A stretch of DNA of 64,000 bases from Eledone cirrhosa (taxonomy: Eukaryota), in NCBI GenBank assembly GCA_964016885.1, contig OZ024740.1, positions 153,760,001-153,824,000 on the forward strand, given 5' to 3'. Shown here in pieces: positions 61,174 through 64,000 of the stretch. A program made the position numbers and the translations under genes. Positions within the stretch are counted from its first letter, which is position 1. Every line of letters begins with the position of its first letter. A model generated the notes under the pieces. It saw nothing but the letters and a program-made list of their open reading frames with translations, searched no databases and was not told where the DNA came from.

Positions 61174-64000
61174 TAGCAGTTTAGCCCGGTGTTGCTCGGG
61201 TTTGTTCATTTGCTATGAAAAGTTACATACAGGTAAACGTAGCTTGAAAGCGCATAAGCTTATCAATTAAGTGCATAAAGCATTTGAACCGGTTATTAAT
61301 AGTTACGAACCAATTAGCATTTTGGACAATCAATGATGGGATAATAATCTTCCAATAGCGAATTTACTAGACTAAAGTTGCAAGATGATTGCCCTGATGC
61401 CGCTGGGTGTCAGATGTGTCCGTTATGGGTGACCCTACCAGTTTTCCAGACGGCATAGCTCCAACACCTCCAAGACCTGCACCAACATCTATAGCACCCA
61501 TAGAGGAGTGTAAGCAAAAAGTCCATTCCTGCTCCCTACGTGGGAACAGGCAACATAAAGTTGGCCATGGGAGAAGCATGGTTCCCCCAAATGGATGCCC
61601 GCAACCGACAATGTTTGCCCCTGTGAGTTGTTAATGGACATGGCAAAACATGGTCTCAACGGGAATTGGGATCGCCGGAAATCGAACGGGATATCTGACG
61701 CCGAGGGGAAAAGGTTCATCCTTGGAATGAAAATATTCTCCCCTCTCCCGCACCCCGTTACAATGGTGGCCTCAATCAAGTGGGGCGTCAGTGACTTGAC
61801 GACCATGCGAGTACCGTTGCACTGCTTTGGTGGACGCAAGTTCCTTATTAGCATAATGGGACAGCCAACCCTAAGCTTAAGAATGTGAGGTGGGAGCCCT
61901 GGGGGCTCAAGGGAATTTAATAACTCAACCGGATAATTAACGATATCGTCGGGGTCTGACGTCCGGTCGATAGATTTGAAGATGTGTTCTTTACCGGGAA
62001 TCTTCTCAATCAGCTGCTTGTTAATAAAATTAACCATGGTATTTTTCGGAGCAAGGGTGGCTCTTTCGCTGAGCCAATCGAGGTTTTTAAAGTTAGATGA
62101 GACATTAGGAAAAACTGCTTCCCAAAGGTCAGAAGGGCTGCTCACAATGTTGCACAGGGAGTCGATTGCTATGCCGCCCTTGTCATCCGCAGGGACCTTG
62201 CCCTCACCAAGTGCTAAAATATTCTGAGCAAATGCTGCAGACATGTTGTCACCATGCAAATGAGCACGCATATTTGTGCTCAGGTACAAACTCTTCACCT
62301 GGAGCCACAACATGGACATCTTAAGGCAGGCACGCACTTCATCAGCTGATGTCCCTTTGGGGATGACAGGCAGCGTTTGCCGAAAATCCCCTGATAGCAG
62401 AAGGGTTACGCCACCCATAGGAGCCGTAGAATCCCTAATGTCTTTCAGGGTCCTGTCCAATGCCTCAAGGGCCCTCTTGTGTGCCATTGTGCAATCATCC
62501 AAAACAATGAGGCAACGTTTTTTGAGAACGAGAGCTTCGTGTGAACTCTTGCTGATATTGCATGTTGGTGTCTCAGTTTTTACTAAACCCAAGGGGAGTT
62601 TAAAGGTTGAATATGCTGTCCTGCCTCCCGGCAGCAAAGTAGCAGCGATCCCGGACGATGCAACGGCCAACGCATCTTTTTCTCCTGACGAATCTTAGCG
62701 AGAATCAATTTCGTTACATAAGTTTTTCTGGTGCCCCCAGAAGCATCGAGAAAGTAAATACTCCCAGTCTGATTTTGAACCGCGTCAATTATAGTTAAAT
62801 AGGCCAACCTTTGGTGCGACAGAAGTTTGGGCTCATATTTCTCTAAGTATTGGGAAAGAGATTCGATGTCATATGTTGTTTCCCGCAACAAATCCGGGGC
62901 CAACGTGTTAGCTTTCTCTCTGACGGTTGACGGCAAGCCATACGTCGCCAACTCACTTCCACCCATGTCGAGGAGGGCGTCCTCGATATCAATGAGTGCC
63001 CTGTTGTAGATAATATCGCTGTAACCAACTTCCACTGAAGTATACTGCAGATGAGCCAGGCGCAGGAAGTCCTCAGAAATGAAGTCTCTGTACTTGACCC
63101 ATAAAGATTTGGGATAACCCAATTCACAATTTTGAAGCAAAATGGCAAAGAGTTCCCGTAGACTTTTAGGTGATTTCAACAAAGCACCCTCTGCTAAAGT
63201 GGAATCCCATTGCGAATCATCTTCCAAAAGACCACGCTTAAAGCAGGCTTACCGGTACATATCACATATTTCTCCATCAACAGTTTTGCGGTCCTGAAAA
63301 CTTTGTGGGCCTATAACTTCATGCAGAAGAAGGCGGAGATGAAAGCACTCATGCTGACTTGGGGTTACAGTGTAAACCCTTCCAAGACAGCTGTCCAATT
63401 TTACACCAGGATGTCTTTCAGCAGCCTGACCTGACTTTCTTCGCACCCAAGTGTTTTTAGACAATATAAAGTAGGATGGAACCTGGCAGTACACAATTGT
63501 TTGCGCAAATGTATCGAACTGGCAAAGTTTGAAGAAACTCGTCAGAGTGGTCTCTTTTGCATCGGCGGCCAACTTGGCGGCGGTTTGGTCCGTAAAGTAA
63601 ACCCTTTGCCCATTTTCCAAATGTACCGCAAGCTGTACGATGGCGGGGTGACGTTGGTGTAGGGGTAAACCAAATAGGCGCCAACAAGCTTCATTGCTAC
63701 TGATGTACCGCCCCGCCAGGTATTCTGTGACCTCGTTCCTGCTATTTTCAGCTTGAAATGCGAACATTGCGGCATCAGAGCCCTTATTTACATATTTGCA
63801 TATGTATTTTATCGACTTGACGGAGTTGCAAAACTCAACGTTGATGTAGGCGTTAAACATCTTCAAGAGAAGCGGGTAGTAAGGGACCACCCATCTATTG
63901 TCGACTTGACCTCCCCTTACTATTGTGGTGAAGCCACCGTTCTCGGGCCGTCTCCGCCTGTACAGGGGGTACCCGTCGCCACCAGTCTGAGTCTGGTCAA
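61173..64000 (-). mobile_element. Autonomous-type Helitron, 3' part (runs off the window)
   Basis: 3' CTAG at 61173-61176 inside (TA)n; subterminal hairpin CCCGGTGTTGCTCGGG; RepHel coding sequence. Confidence 0.92.
61489..64000 (-). pseudogene. Helitron Rep/PIF1-like helicase, disrupted
   Basis: Three ORF pieces (63249-63890, 62583-63227, 61489-62670): IKYICKYVNKGSD, LAVHLENGQ, degenerate Walker A DASGGTRKT, GDFRQTLPV, CNGTR, QFPL..FAMSIN.SQGQT, FSHGQLYVACS. Confidence 0.92.

Overview
AT-rich eukaryotic repeat DNA with no intact host protein-coding gene. The SINE family and the heavy (GA)n/(TA)n load suggest an octopus or other coleoid cephalopod (my inference). About 1-56.7 kb is a hierarchical tandem array of tRNA-Leu(CAG) genes. 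I count about 68 copies: about 22 full-length and near-intact, the rest degenerate in fixed classes, one class carrying a CAG>TAG anticodon shift. All copies share flank motifs, implying one ancestral monomer: (GA)n tract, TATA-like leader, tRNA, T-run, AT-rich trailer. Monomers form about 4 kb units and about 7.5/15 kb higher-order repeats, with fold-back palindromes where gene orientation flips. A tRNA-derived SINE has inserted several times independently, and both filled and empty sites are visible. From about 48 kb the array decays into transposon remnants: a non-autonomous Helitron, a Chapaev-like DNA transposon, an L1/Tx1-like LINE 3' end, a Penelope-like element with an inverted terminal segment, and a disrupted autonomous Helitron. 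The most notable signals are a complete type I hammerhead ribozyme motif (54433-54513, minus), hammerhead-like remnants and fold-back hairpins inside (TA)n tracts, and a GC-flanked TTTT (Pol III terminator-like) inside one of the two best-conserved tRNA variants. Most listed ORFs are microsatellite or spacer artefacts.
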